This document shows, one piece after another, positions 9,813 to 20,800 of a DNA stretch of 64,000 bases. Position 1 is the first letter of the stretch, and every line of letters starts with the position of its first letter. The position numbers were made by a program, and so were the translations under genes. Under the pieces are notes generated by a model, which did no database searches, was not told the origin of the DNA, and saw only the letters and a list, made by a program, of their open reading frames with translations. Source of the DNA: a virus; IMG/VR virus record IMGVR_UViG_3300012001_000008, positions 8,924-72,923 of that record; one strand, written 5' to 3'.

Positions 9813-9878
9813 GTTAAATTGTCTCCTGTGGACTTAATGGTTGCTTTGCCCTAGGCTTATGCCTACGGTATATATGCT

Positions 9879-9918
9879 CTGTGAGCTGTTCTAAGCCGTT
9901 CTAAGACGTTTTAGGCGC
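9879..9918 (+). repeat. ~40-bp intergenic element with ~10-bp periodic TTCTAAG/TTTTAG units (copy 1)
   Basis: CTGTGAGCTGTTCTAAGCCGTTCTAAGACGTTTTAGGCGC; similar inverted copy at 28706-28745. Confidence 0.6.
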
Positions 9919-9993
9919 GGAGACGGGAACTTGTCCCATCTCGTTGCCAAACTCGCTTAAAATGGCTGTTTTTAGCGTTTTTCTTTTAATGTA

Positions 9994-10503
9994 CTAGCTA
10001 ATGCTGTCAGTTGCAGATGAGAACACCTGTACTGAACCAGTACCAGCAGCTGGCTCACCAACGAACTTGACTGTGAACGTAAGAACTGTTGAGTCCTGTA
10101 GGTCAATCGAGTCAATTACTGTGCGAGCGTTTACTAGACGAAGAACTGTTGCGTTTGAACCACAAGAGATGATGTCTAGGTGGTTGTACACTGGGGTTGT
10201 GTTACAGCTTGCAGCGATGATGTCAATTGCACCACCCGCGTCTGATACTGTCTCACCTGTACTCATTGTCGCACCTTGTGCGATGAAGTACTGAGGGAGA
10301 ACAACTGCTAGGCTTGCAATATCGCTTCGTAGAAGCTGTACTGAAACGCTAGCTGAAACTGCACCTTCGAGAGTAGTCTTGCGACCGTCAAGAGTGGTGT
10401 AGTCATTTGAGTCTACACTGTAATCGAATGAGTAGTCTTGCACGTTTGTAAGCGTGTTAGCTCCCCATTTTACTACGAATGGACCTTTTACTAATCCTGC
10501 CAT
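9994..10503 (-). CDS. Major tail (tube) protein
   Basis: 169 aa beta-rich, AAGGA RBS, canonical position after neck genes. Confidence 0.7.
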   Translation of the reverse strand: MAGLVKGPFVVKWGANTLTNVQDYSFDYSVDSNDYTTLDGRKTTLEGAVSASVSVQLLRSDIASLAVVLPQYFIAQGATMSTGETVSDAGGAIDIIAASCNTTPVYNHLDIISCGSNATVLRLVNARTVIDSIDLQDSTVLTFTVKFVGEPAAGTGSVQVFSSATDSIS

Positions 10504-10526
10504 TTTAATTTCCTTTTTCTTTTAAT

Positions 10527-10928
10527 TTAACTGACGTATATCTGCGTCGCGATTACCATTGAGCCATATCGACGGTTTTCGGCATCTCTGTCGTTGTCTT
10601 GTGGCATGGTAGCCTCGATTGCATACACCTCGAAACCATCTAACTGTAATCCGATAGTGTTATTCACTGCCTGATTAAGCGCGAATAGCTTGTGGTCTAC
10701 TTCTGCACCAGAAGTGTTTCGGTAGTAGACCTGTGTGCTGAACTGCTGAACTGCTTCTTGTGTTACCAAGTTGCGCGTTACACTTCCTCCTGCACTAACA
10801 ACCCAAAATGCGTTGTCAACTGCATCGTCTGGTATCTGGCTGAGAAATATGTTTGTACCGAACGTACCGTAGCCGTTGTCTTCTAGCCATTTGACTATTG
10901 ACTCTGAAACTGTCTGTGGGTTTGTCAT
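10527..10928 (-). CDS. Tail terminator/completion protein
   Basis: GTNIFLSQIPD and DRDAENR motifs; position. Confidence 0.65.
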   Translation of the reverse strand: MTNPQTVSESIVKWLEDNGYGTFGTNIFLSQIPDDAVDNAFWVVSAGGSVTRNLVTQEAVQQFSTQVYYRNTSGAEVDHKLFALNQAVNNTIGLQLDGFEVYAIEATMPQDNDRDAENRRYGSMVIATQIYVS

Positions 10929-11302
10929 ATCTTTTTACCGAAATACCTTTTAGAGCTTTGTGTAACCTTAACTACGGACTCTTCTGCAAAATGCGCTCGC
11001 GTTCCAGGTGTGGTGTAGCGCTTGACAACACCGTTGGTGTAGCCACGCTCTTGATACCACGCGTATGGACGCGCCCATTCGATTGTCCCTCGGATTACAT
11101 CTCCTAGTTTAATGACGTTTTTCTTCACATCTCCGCGAAGCTGTCCACTAAGCATAGGTGTAATTGGGCGAGAGGTGCGATGGATATCTTCAATCAGTTG
11201 ACGCATACCGCTAAGTGTTTCGATTTCAAGGTTGCGTTGTTTATCCGCAAAATTGAAGTCTCCAACTTTGTATGCTTTTATCTTAACTGTTGCATTTGGC
11301 AT
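10925..11302 (-). CDS. Neck/tail-completion protein (HK97 gp10-like)
   Basis: TPMLSGQLR, PYAWYQERG, YTTPGT motifs; GGAGGAG RBS before ATG 11302. Confidence 0.7.
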   Translation of the reverse strand: MPNATVKIKAYKVGDFNFADKQRNLEIETLSGMRQLIEDIHRTSRPITPMLSGQLRGDVKKNVIKLGDVIRGTIEWARPYAWYQERGYTNGVVKRYTTPGTRAHFAEESVVKVTQSSKRYFGKKI

Positions 11303-11303
11303 C

Positions 11304-11675
11304 TTATGCTCCTCCTGGGGTCGCAACGATTTGTAGTGTTACAAGGACGTTGTTAACCTCGTTTCCGAGAAGCTTGCGTTGTGCAACTGTTACAGTAGTA
11401 ATTATATACCACTGGTCAATACCGAAGGCATTTATTTTGAAGTATTTGCCCTGTAGTTTGTAGCCTAGCCCCTTTATGAAGGCGTTATTAACGTCTAGGT
11501 AGGCGTAGGCATCGGATTGTGTCAGTTCTTGGTTGGTCGCGTTTTGTTGGTTAAATTGCTGGAAAAAGCCACATTTGACTTCTTCTAGGTCAGATACATT
11601 ATTATCGCCATAACCATTTCTGGCTAACGTAGCGATATATGCGGTGTCAGGAGTTTTTACTAATCTATTGCTCAT
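11304..11675 (-). CDS. Head closure/stopper protein
   Basis: 123 aa beta-rich, NGYG motif, follows adaptor. Confidence 0.6.
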   Translation of the reverse strand: MSNRLVKTPDTAYIATLARNGYGDNNVSDLEEVKCGFFQQFNQQNATNQELTQSDAYAYLDVNNAFIKGLGYKLQGKYFKINAFGIDQWYIITTVTVAQRKLLGNEVNNVLVTLQIVATPGGA

Positions 11676-12436
11676 ACTGTTGGAATCCTAGTGGCATAAG
11701 TGCCATTAGGTCCAGCGTATTGCTTTAGGATTCGAAGACCTGCATCTGATTGCTCAGGAGAGAGGTCAACCCCTCGACCACCACCAGCGTTGCTGAGGGT
11801 GTAGCTGTGACCGTTTACGGACTCTGACTTGATGTTTCCTGTAACGGAAATACTGTCGCTAGAGTAGTAAGTAACCATATCTGCCCACAAATACTTGAGG
11901 TCATCTGGCATGTTGTTACAGTCTAGCCAGTCGCCATCAACGGCGAGCAGTAAGCCTGTACCGTTTCCTAGCTGTGAGACTAGGAATCCGTACCATTTCC
12001 AGTTGAACCAAGTAGTTTGTCGTTGTATAAACTTGCCGAACTTACGACTGTTCTTAACGGTAAAGTCATTCAAGTCCCAGATAGTGACGAACTCATCGTC
12101 GGTACGGGCTTGTACCAGTTTAACGTGGTAGACATTGCGGAAAGGGTCTGTCATAAGGTAAAGGTCGCTATCGTTGTAATTAAACATACGATATGCGCCC
12201 TCTACATTAGTATCAGCAGGTAGAAGAACGGCTTCGCTTGTAGGGTAGTATGGGTATGCCCCATTGAACTGCACTTTGCCGAGTTCTTGTTTGTCAAGGT
12301 TCTTTTGTGCGGAGAGAGAGTAGCCTAGCGCAGATTCTAGCAGACCATTGGCGCGACGAATGACGGCTGTATAACGAGCTACGTCTCCCGTGGCGACCGT
12401 TGTCCCTGTTAGTTCCTGATATTTAGCTAGGTCCAC
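11672..12436 (-). CDS. Head-tail adaptor protein
   Basis: Follows capsid; IKSESVNGHSYT motif. Confidence 0.7.
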   Translation of the reverse strand: MDLAKYQELTGTTVATGDVARYTAVIRRANGLLESALGYSLSAQKNLDKQELGKVQFNGAYPYYPTSEAVLLPADTNVEGAYRMFNYNDSDLYLMTDPFRNVYHVKLVQARTDDEFVTIWDLNDFTVKNSRKFGKFIQRQTTWFNWKWYGFLVSQLGNGTGLLLAVDGDWLDCNNMPDDLKYLWADMVTYYSSDSISVTGNIKSESVNGHSYTLSNAGGGRGVDLSPEQSDAGLRILKQYAGPNGTYATRIPTV

Positions 12437-12492
12437 TCTGGTTCCCCTTTTTGTGTTAACTTTTTGTCTTTAAGAGATGGGCTTCATCTCGA

Positions 12493-14673
12493 TTAAGAGA
12501 TTGAAGCACCTGTGATAGCAGCTACTAGACGTGTGTCCTTAACTACACCACCACGGAAGAATGAGCCACGTAGGACTACTTCGTTACGTTGGTAGGCAGA
12601 GTAAGTAACTCCATCAATTTCGTAAGATGCGCTACCGTCAACGTCGTACTTTAGACCACCTGATGTGCGACCTGTGAAGGTGCTTAGGTCAGCGTAGAAT
12701 ACAGCGCTTGTGATAGTTACTGCAACACCGTGAACTAGGAAAGAACGAGTCTCGCTAGTGTTAAGTGTAGGAAGCAAGTCGTTTGGAACAGTAACGAATG
12801 GTGTACCGAAGATAGTGTTGTTAGACACTTCTTGTAGAACAGCAGCGTTAGATGTAGAAACAGCTTGTCCGATTAGGAAGCTCTTAGTCTTGTTGTTGAA
12901 GATAAGAGTACCAGTGCTTGTAGCGTCAGATGCAAGAGCAACTGCTTGTGCCCAGCCAACTAGACCATCAGAGATGTCCATGATGTGAACTTGTCCGCTA
13001 GTTTGAACAGCTTGTTCCATACGAGCAACAACAAGTTGAGCACGCTTACGGTCGTAGTCTGAACGGTAGCCTTCTGCGATGTCACCAAGGATGTCAGCAG
13101 CAGCAAACTTAATTACGTTGATAGAGATAGGAGTAACAGCAGCCATTTCTTCTAGGCGGTCAGTGTTAGCACCGTAACCAGTTTGGCTAATAGGCTTCAA
13201 ACGGTTTCCGTCATCACCAGAGATACCAAGTGGCACTGATTTCATGTCGATGTCAGAAGAACGAGTCAACCAACCGAAGTCGATAGAGTTAGTCTCTTTC
13301 CAAGTAGTCATGTTCAATAGTGTTGTGTAGTTGTTACGCTTTGTAGCGATTTCGTTGTAAAGCTCAGGAGCAATAACAAAGTTACCAAGGTCTTCAAGAG
13401 TAAGGCTGTTTTTAACAATCTTTTCTTCCTTAAGAGCGTTTAGGTTACGTTCGTTAATCTCGCGAAGGGTCTTTGCACCTTCTACAGAGTTCATGCGCTC
13501 TACGGCAACAGCAGCGTTAAGTTGCTTTGCGAATAGTTCGTCGCTAGAAAGTTCGTCAAGTGCGTTCTTAGCTTTTTCAGCTTCTTCGGCAGCGTGGAAC
13601 TCAGGAGCTTTAGCAGCAGCGTCAAGAGCGTTTTGTGCTAGTTCTTTAGAAGCAGCGATTTCGTCTTGTACTGGCTTAAGAGCAGCAGATACAGCGTTAG
13701 CTACGATTTCTGCGATTTCTTCTTTAGTCATTTGATTTTCCTTTTGGTTTAATTCTTTTTCTTTTGCAGCATTTTCTTCTGCTTCTTTTGCTTCGGCTTC
13801 TGCTTTCGCGTCTTCCTCTGCTTTAGCTTCTTCTGCTAGTTTGGCAGCTTCTGCTTCTTCCTCAGCCTTTTTATCAGCTTCGGCTTTTTCAGCTTCTTCG
13901 GCAGCTAGCTTTGCAGCTTCTGCTTCCTCAGCTTCTTTTGCAACCTTAGCAGCTTCTTCGGCTTCTAGGGCTTTCTTCTCTTCTTCTGCTTTAGCAGCTT
14001 CTTCATCAGAGGCGTCTTGCTTTGCTTTTTCAGCAGCAGCATTTTCAGCTTCAATTCTTGCAGCTTCTTCAACAGCGAGTTTTTCTTTTTCTTCTTTTGT
14101 CATGCTTTCTTCCTCATTAGCCTTTGCAGCATTTGTGATAACTGCTTCGATACCGTCGGTATCAAGACCGTTTGATTTAGAGCGTTCAAGTGAGTTATGA
14201 ACAATCTCGTTAAATTGATTTGCAACAGCATTGTAGTTGTTTGGTAGAACTACCTGAGACAATCCTACTAGTTCAGCGTTGTAGAAGATTCGGTCTTGTT
14301 CATCGGGGTATGGTCCCATTGTTTCAATACTAAATGAGTTCGAGAACCCACCCACAAAGAGGTCGTATGCAAGTTTTGCATATGCGTTTTGTGATGTTGC
14401 ATATTGAATGGCGGAGACGATAACGCGATTTCCCTGCTTGGCGACACCGATTGCTTTACCAATCAGGTTGCCGAGTGAATCGACGTGGTCAGCAGTAATC
14501 TGCTTACCGTACTGGGTAATGTCCATCGAAGAGATGTCATACTTAGTACCGTTGCGCTGAACAGAATCATCCGTGATAGTGAGACCGCCAGGGAAGGAGA
14601 TTAATCCGTCGCCTTCGTCTACAAAGCTATTCTTAGAAACTGAGACTTGTAATTGGTTTGTTTTTTTTTCCAT
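12493..14673 (-). CDS. Prohead protease-scaffold-major capsid polyprotein (HK97 fold)
   Basis: N-terminal protease-like ADH...FSIE..ELVGLSQVVLPNN; Glu/Ala/Lys coiled coil; capsid GNFVIAPE, TIFGTP, AYQRNEVVLRG. Confidence 0.8.
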   Translation of the reverse strand: MEKKTNQLQVSVSKNSFVDEGDGLISFPGGLTITDDSVQRNGTKYDISSMDITQYGKQITADHVDSLGNLIGKAIGVAKQGNRVIVSAIQYATSQNAYAKLAYDLFVGGFSNSFSIETMGPYPDEQDRIFYNAELVGLSQVVLPNNYNAVANQFNEIVHNSLERSKSNGLDTDGIEAVITNAAKANEEESMTKEEKEKLAVEEAARIEAENAAAEKAKQDASDEEAAKAEEEKKALEAEEAAKVAKEAEEAEAAKLAAEEAEKAEADKKAEEEAEAAKLAEEAKAEEDAKAEAEAKEAEENAAKEKELNQKENQMTKEEIAEIVANAVSAALKPVQDEIAASKELAQNALDAAAKAPEFHAAEEAEKAKNALDELSSDELFAKQLNAAVAVERMNSVEGAKTLREINERNLNALKEEKIVKNSLTLEDLGNFVIAPELYNEIATKRNNYTTLLNMTTWKETNSIDFGWLTRSSDIDMKSVPLGISGDDGNRLKPISQTGYGANTDRLEEMAAVTPISINVIKFAAADILGDIAEGYRSDYDRKRAQLVVARMEQAVQTSGQVHIMDISDGLVGWAQAVALASDATSTGTLIFNNKTKSFLIGQAVSTSNAAVLQEVSNNTIFGTPFVTVPNDLLPTLNTSETRSFLVHGVAVTITSAVFYADLSTFTGRTSGGLKYDVDGSASYEIDGVTYSAYQRNEVVLRGSFFRGGVVKDTRLVAAITGASIS

Positions 14674-14775
14674 TTACTTCCTTCTCGTTTTCTGTTTCTG
14701 TACTTTTTTAAGGTGTTTTTCTTTTAGGGTTATCATATCTCGGTACTTTTGCTAGTCTCTGGATACCTTCAATAG

Positions 14776-14787
14776 TTATTATAACAG
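14776..14787 (-). promoter_or_regulatory. Late-type extended -10 element (CTGTTATAATAA)
   Basis: Same 12-mer at 23341-23352; TATAATA variants at ~963, 22558, 33084, 35000, each upstream of a minus-strand gene block. Confidence 0.55.
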
Positions 14788-14816
14788 ATATGCCAAAAAG
14801 GGGATTTTTCAACCCC

Positions 14817-17800
14817 CTATAAAGCCTCTATCCAGTTGCCATTTGAGTCTTTGTAGTAGACTTCCGCCTGTACCCAGTTGCCATTAACAGGGTAGAATAC
14901 CATAGCGTTAACCCATTGTCCGTTAATGAGTACCCACTTGCGACCCAGTAGCGTGTATAGTGCAGAGTCTGTGGTGTGGAATACTATCGAAGCAGAAGAT
15001 AACGATGAGTCAGTTGTATGTGTTACTTCACTTGTACCGCGCTTATTCGCATCTGTTGCGTGGGAAACGACGATAGTCGTGCGTAGCTGGGCGTCTGTTG
15101 AGTGCGTGATAACATAACGCTGTTTCAGCAGAGCGTCTGTGCTATGAACTATCTGTGTCAACTTACGCTTGTTGGCATTAGTCGTGTGATAAACAGTATC
15201 AGCCTTACGCTTGTTCGCATCTGTGAACTGGGCGAGGCTAAATAGCTTGCGTATAACAGAACTTGTTGTGTGCGATACTACTGTTCTTCGTACAAGTAGA
15301 GCATCGGTGAAGTGGGATACTGTAGTGCTAATTCGCTTGAGCGCGTCTGTCGTGTGTGTAACTACAACTACCTTGCGGAGTAATGAATCGGTCGTGTGTA
15401 CCCGTGTATTAGCACTTAGTACAGACTTGTTCGCATCTGTTGTGTGAGAAATACTGCTTGTAGTTCTTAAGACTGCATCTGTTAAGTGTGAGGCAGTTGT
15501 ACGAGAGCGCTTCAATGTATTGGTAGTGTGATACTTGCTATTTGCTTTCTTGATATTTGCGTCTGTTGCGTGTGAGACGGTTCGCTTGCTTCTTAGCAGG
15601 CTATCTGTGGTGTGTACAAGTTGTGTCAACTTACGCGCGAGAGTGTCTGTAGTGTGCGAAAGACTTAGCGCCTTACGGATTGCAGAACTTGTAGAGTGGG
15701 CGACAGTGTTAGCTGTGTGCCTGTTCGCGTCAGTAAGGTGGTGTCTCTTAATTGAAGCTACTCTCTTGTTGGAATCTGTCGTGTGGCTTAGTTGGTTTGC
15801 ACCATGTATGAAGGAGTCAGTTGTGTGTACAACAGTGATAGTCTTCTTCTTATTTGCATCGGTAGTATGCGAAGTAGTTAGCGAACGATGAGTGAACGCA
15901 TCTGTGGTGTGAACCTTCGTATTTGTACGACGTATATCAGTGTCAGTTGTGTGAGAAAGTATGTTCTGAGTGCGCTTTAACGCGTCAGTTGTATGTGTTT
16001 TCGTTAGGGCTTTGCGTGTATTCGTATCTGTTGTGTGAGAGATTGCAAGGCGCTTACGCAATAATGAGTCAACCGTGTGCGTTAGCGATACCGCGCTACG
16101 AATAAGCGCATTTGTTGTGTGCGTGAGTGAATTACGTGTCTTCTTTAGGGCATCAGTTGTGTGGAACTTGCTATTTTGAGTTCTCTTAAGAGTGTCGGTT
16201 GTGTGTACGACTACATTGGCTTTGCGCTTATTAGCGTCAGTTGCATGAGTTAGAGTTACCTGTTTGCGCAGCACAGAACTCGTAGTATGAGTATGTGTGC
16301 CTGATTTGCGGACAAGGCTATCTGTGGTATGGCCCTTAGACGACGTGAGACGACGCAGGGCGTCTGTTGTGTGCGAAAGTGCGCCCTGTGTGCGTATTAA
16401 CGAATCTGTCGCGTGTGAGAGGCTATTTCCAGCCTTTTTCTTGTTTGCGTCAGTTGTGTGGCTAACAGCAGACTGGCTGAATAGGAATGAATCGGTAGTA
16501 TGTGAAAGCGTATGCTTACTTCTAACAAGCGCGTCTGTCGTATGCGTTTTGGTGAATTGTTTATGAGTTACAGCACTTGTAGTGTGTGAAACTGAATTAG
16601 AACTACGCTTTAGGGCATCTGTTGTATGCGATAGGGTGAGATTAGCTTTTCTCTTGTTCGAATCAGTAGTGTGGAGTACTGTAGTAGCCTTGCGCAGGTT
16701 GCTATTTGTCGTGTGGGCGACTGTTTGTGCCTTCTTCTTATTGGCAGATGTTGTGTGCGAGATTGTTTTTGAAACTCGCAAGAACGAATCAGTCGAGTGC
16801 GATAGGGTTGATGACTTACGCAATACAGCACTAGTTGTGTGGTTAACAGTGCTACTAGTACGCTTTAGGGCGTCTGTGGTGTGGGTTTTAGTGGTGGCAA
16901 GGCGCTTATTAGCACTAGTTGTGTGAGAAAGTGTTAAACCAGCCTTCTTTTTGTTCGCGTCGGTAGTGTGGGTCTTAGAGACACTCTTTCTTAGGAATGA
17001 ATCAGTAGTTTGGGTAAGTGTAATAGACTTACGCGCGAGCGCATCAGTGGTGTGTGATACTGTTACCTGCTTGTGCCTGAGTGAGTCAGTTGTGTGGGAA
17101 AGCGTGTTTGTAGTACGTTTAACGGTATCTGTTGTGTGAGATAGCGTATTGCCTTTACGCTTAATTGCATCAGTTGCGTGTGTCTTGACACTTTGAATAC
17201 GTTTTAGTGCATCCGTGGTATGCGTCTTAGTAACTTGGACATGCTTTAGAGCGTCGGTTGTGTGCGTTCTTGTAGCCTGAATGTGCTTGAAGGAGTCGGT
17301 AGTGTGTGTTTTAGTACCAGACTTGCGCAATACGGAACTAGTTGTATGTGTCTGTGTGCTAGCCTTGCGCTTAAGTGCATCAGCCGTGTGGGTCTTCGTT
17401 ACCTGTACACGCTTCAATGCGTCAGTTGTGTGTGCGACAGTTAGCGTCTGTATGCCAGTGCGAAGATACGAATCTGTCGTATGGGTAAGAGTGAGACCAC
17501 CCTTCTTCTTTAGGGAGTCTGTTGTGTGTGTGCGAGTTAGGGAGGCAACCTTCTTATTAGCGTCTGTGGTGTGGCTAGCTGTACCCTGTTTACGAATGAG
17601 TGTGTTTGTTGTATGCGTCTTTAGTAGACCAGATACCTTCTTGCTTGCATCTGTTGTATGTGTCTTTGTGACAGCTAGTCGCTTATTAGCGCTAGTGGTG
17701 TGGGTTAGCGTAGCCTGCTTACGCTTTAAGGTGTCAGTTGTGTGGGTCTTATTACTAGATGTGCGCTTTAGTGAATCCGTTGTGTGTGTAAGCGTATTAG

Positions 17801-20800
17801 CCTTGCGCTTAAGGGAATCTGTAGTATGGGTATCGTTAACCGCCTTACGCTTGTTTGAGTCTGTTGTGTGCGAACGAGTATAACTAGAAACACCAGAACC
17901 AATTGTGAAGTCTGATGCAGTTTCTGCATTTCCACCATAAGAAACCTTAGTACCATCTGTACTAGATTCAGTTCCCCACACTTGCCAGTGATAACTCGTG
18001 CCAGATGTTCCGCTAGTGAAACGACTATAGAACGGAGTATAGACAGCTGGTGCTTTTTCAGCCCAAGTACTGCTATTTGGTGTGCTGTAGTTAGGTGTTA
18101 GTTCCCAAGTGTCGTTATACCAAGTACCTGTAGATGGGCGACCACCAAATATGTATAGCTTTCCAGAGATAAATGAACTCATTGATGTACGACGAGCTGC
18201 TGGACCACCAGTAGGTGTTGCAGAAGCCCATGTTGTACCAGATAGAGAGAAGTATTGTAGTGATTGTAGTACGTTTGTGCCATCGAAACCACCCCAGATA
18301 ATGAGCTGGTCGTTTGTTGCGTCATAGGCATAGTTTGGCGTACGACGAGCAGTACCACCAGAAGATGTTGGCGTTACCCAAGCACCACTAGTAGTCGAGT
18401 AGTCAAGATATACGAGTTGGCTTGAAACGGTTGTAAGAGCAGCATCAGTTGCACCACCATATAGGTACATACGAGTGTTGCTTGTCTTATTGAATACACC
18501 TGGACCCAACACTGCTGTAGGCGCTGTGCCAGTAGGGGTGCGTAGTGTCCAAACACCATCAGCACTTGACGAGAAACTTAGCTCCCATACTTGGTTATAT
18601 GCAGTAGAAGCATCTCCACCCATAGTGAAGATTGCGCGGTTATTCGTAGCATCGAAAATACCGACAGATAGCCAGCGAGGAGATGGAGGTGTCCCAGTAG
18701 GGTTAAGCTTTGAGGCTGTATAGTTACCGAGTGAGTCGGCAGTTAAAGCCCAGACCTCATTGCTGTTCTGTGAGCCACCATTAAGACCACCGAAGACAAT
18801 AACACGACTACGGGTAGAGTCGTATACACCAGCAATACCCTCCATAGGAGGAAGTGTCTTAAAGCCTTTGTTTGTGTAGCGCCAAGTATTATTGCTCTGA
18901 TTGTATGCCCATATATCACCGACGTGTGAACCAGTGACAATGGTGGCACTGTCGTACATGTCCGCGAAGCCACCAACAATTACCCACTCAGAGCGGTCAG
19001 AGTTCCAGATGCTAGCGTTCGCGTCGCGTGATGTAAGATATTCACCCTGAGATAGACCATATACGACAGAGCTTGCTTCCGTCATGTCGATAGCGTATTG
19101 GTAGCGCTCTGTACTATCCACCGTTTCCATTCCACGAAGGACTAGATAGTTTAAGTCTGTGTTTATGGTGTTGGCGGTATAGACGTTACCAGCAAAGGCT
19201 TGGTCGGTTGTACTATTGGCGCGGAGTTGTACATATGCAGGAGAGCCGTCTAGGTCAGAGATGTAGCCAACGTCGTTATAAGCACTTGCCTGTGTACCCT
19301 GAAAACCAGCTGCATAGAAGAAGCGGTTATTAACGGCATCGTAACCACCAGAAGAGAACTCACGACCTGCTGGGGCTGTGCCAGAAGGAGTAATTTGAGT
19401 CCAAGCATTTCCAGCTATGTCATAAGACCAGAAGTCTGATAGGTATGTAGTACCGTTGTAGCCACCGAATAGAAATAGTTTGCCAGTTGAAGACTTATAG
19501 TCAATAACAGCACCAGTACGAGCAGAAGGGCTACCAGCTGCACCATCGGCTAATAAGACTGTCCATGTAAGTGAGCCAGGGGAGTCAACATCGAAAGTAC
19601 CGCGCCAAAGCGTGTTGACACGAGTCGCGCCAGGCCAACCACCGAACATGTAGACATAGTTCTGTGAAGCATCGCCAGATACAGGGATAGCTGCCATTTG
19701 ACGAGTGATGTAACTCATCGCTGTTGGTGTGTTTGTCTGTGTTACTGTTGTCCAAGACTCACCACCAGGTGTAGATACGTCAAGAGCGTGCATTTCGCTT
19801 AGGTCAGAGCCAGTAGTACCACCCCATATAACCATGAATGCCTTATCAGCACCACCAGATGTAGCAGTACCGCGTACATATGTCGCCCCAGCAAGGTTCT
19901 TCGCTGTAGGAGGAGTACCAGTTGGAGATAGCTTGCGCCAAGGCATACCAGGACGGTCAGCAGGCTGTTCCCATGCTTCGTTATAACGAGTTGTGCCATC
20001 GTAACCACCAAAGAAGATATAGCGCTTATTCTTCTTGTCATAGATTAAGTTAGCACCACGATTACCGTGTGATACGGCTGTCATCGACTGAGAACGTGTA
20101 CGCTCCGTGATATTAGCAGTATTTGTGAAGCTCGTGCTTGTGTTTTGTACCTCTGCCTTGAGTATGTCTTGGTTGCCAACAACACCGCTAGTATATTCAG
20201 AGTTGAGGTTCACATAGGTTGTCACGCCATCTGTAGTAGATGTCCCAACAGGGGTGATAGTGCTAAAGTCGTCCGCGTATTGACCGAGCGTTCTTACTGT
20301 GGGAGTAAGTGTGGGGAACGGAGTAACGATACTAGTGCTTGAGCCACCAGTTTCTATAGCAACAGATACAGCACCACCGTGCGAGTTGGTGCTACGGAAC
20401 TGGTAGCGAATACGAAGACGGTCTGTAGAAGAACCAGCAGACCATGTAAGTGAGCTGAATGTGAAGGTTTTAATACCTGTCGTCGAGATGTTATTTTCGG
20501 CGCTAATTGTCTTACTCTCCTGAACCGTGCCAGAGCTATTTATGCGTTCTAACTGTACGGCGAGGTAAACAGAGCTACTCGCAGTCGTTACGTTTACATT
20601 TACAGTAATAGTACCGCTCGTAAAGGTGCTTATTCCAGGCTCGTTTGGTTTAGTGTATCCAAAGCTTGCCTCTGTCGCGGAGTTTGTTACGGCAACAGTA
20701 ATAGACCCTGCTGCTTCTGCAACTAGGGTCTCGTTCTTGTTAAATACTACACCACCAGTTAGTGCCGAGTCGGTGGCGCTAAGATAGTATGTTCTAGCCA

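Noticed and set aside
14960-17870. 42-bp periodicity as a CRISPR array or DGR
   Set aside because: Degenerate at synonymous positions, in frame within a CDS, no unique spacers, no cas or reverse transcriptase
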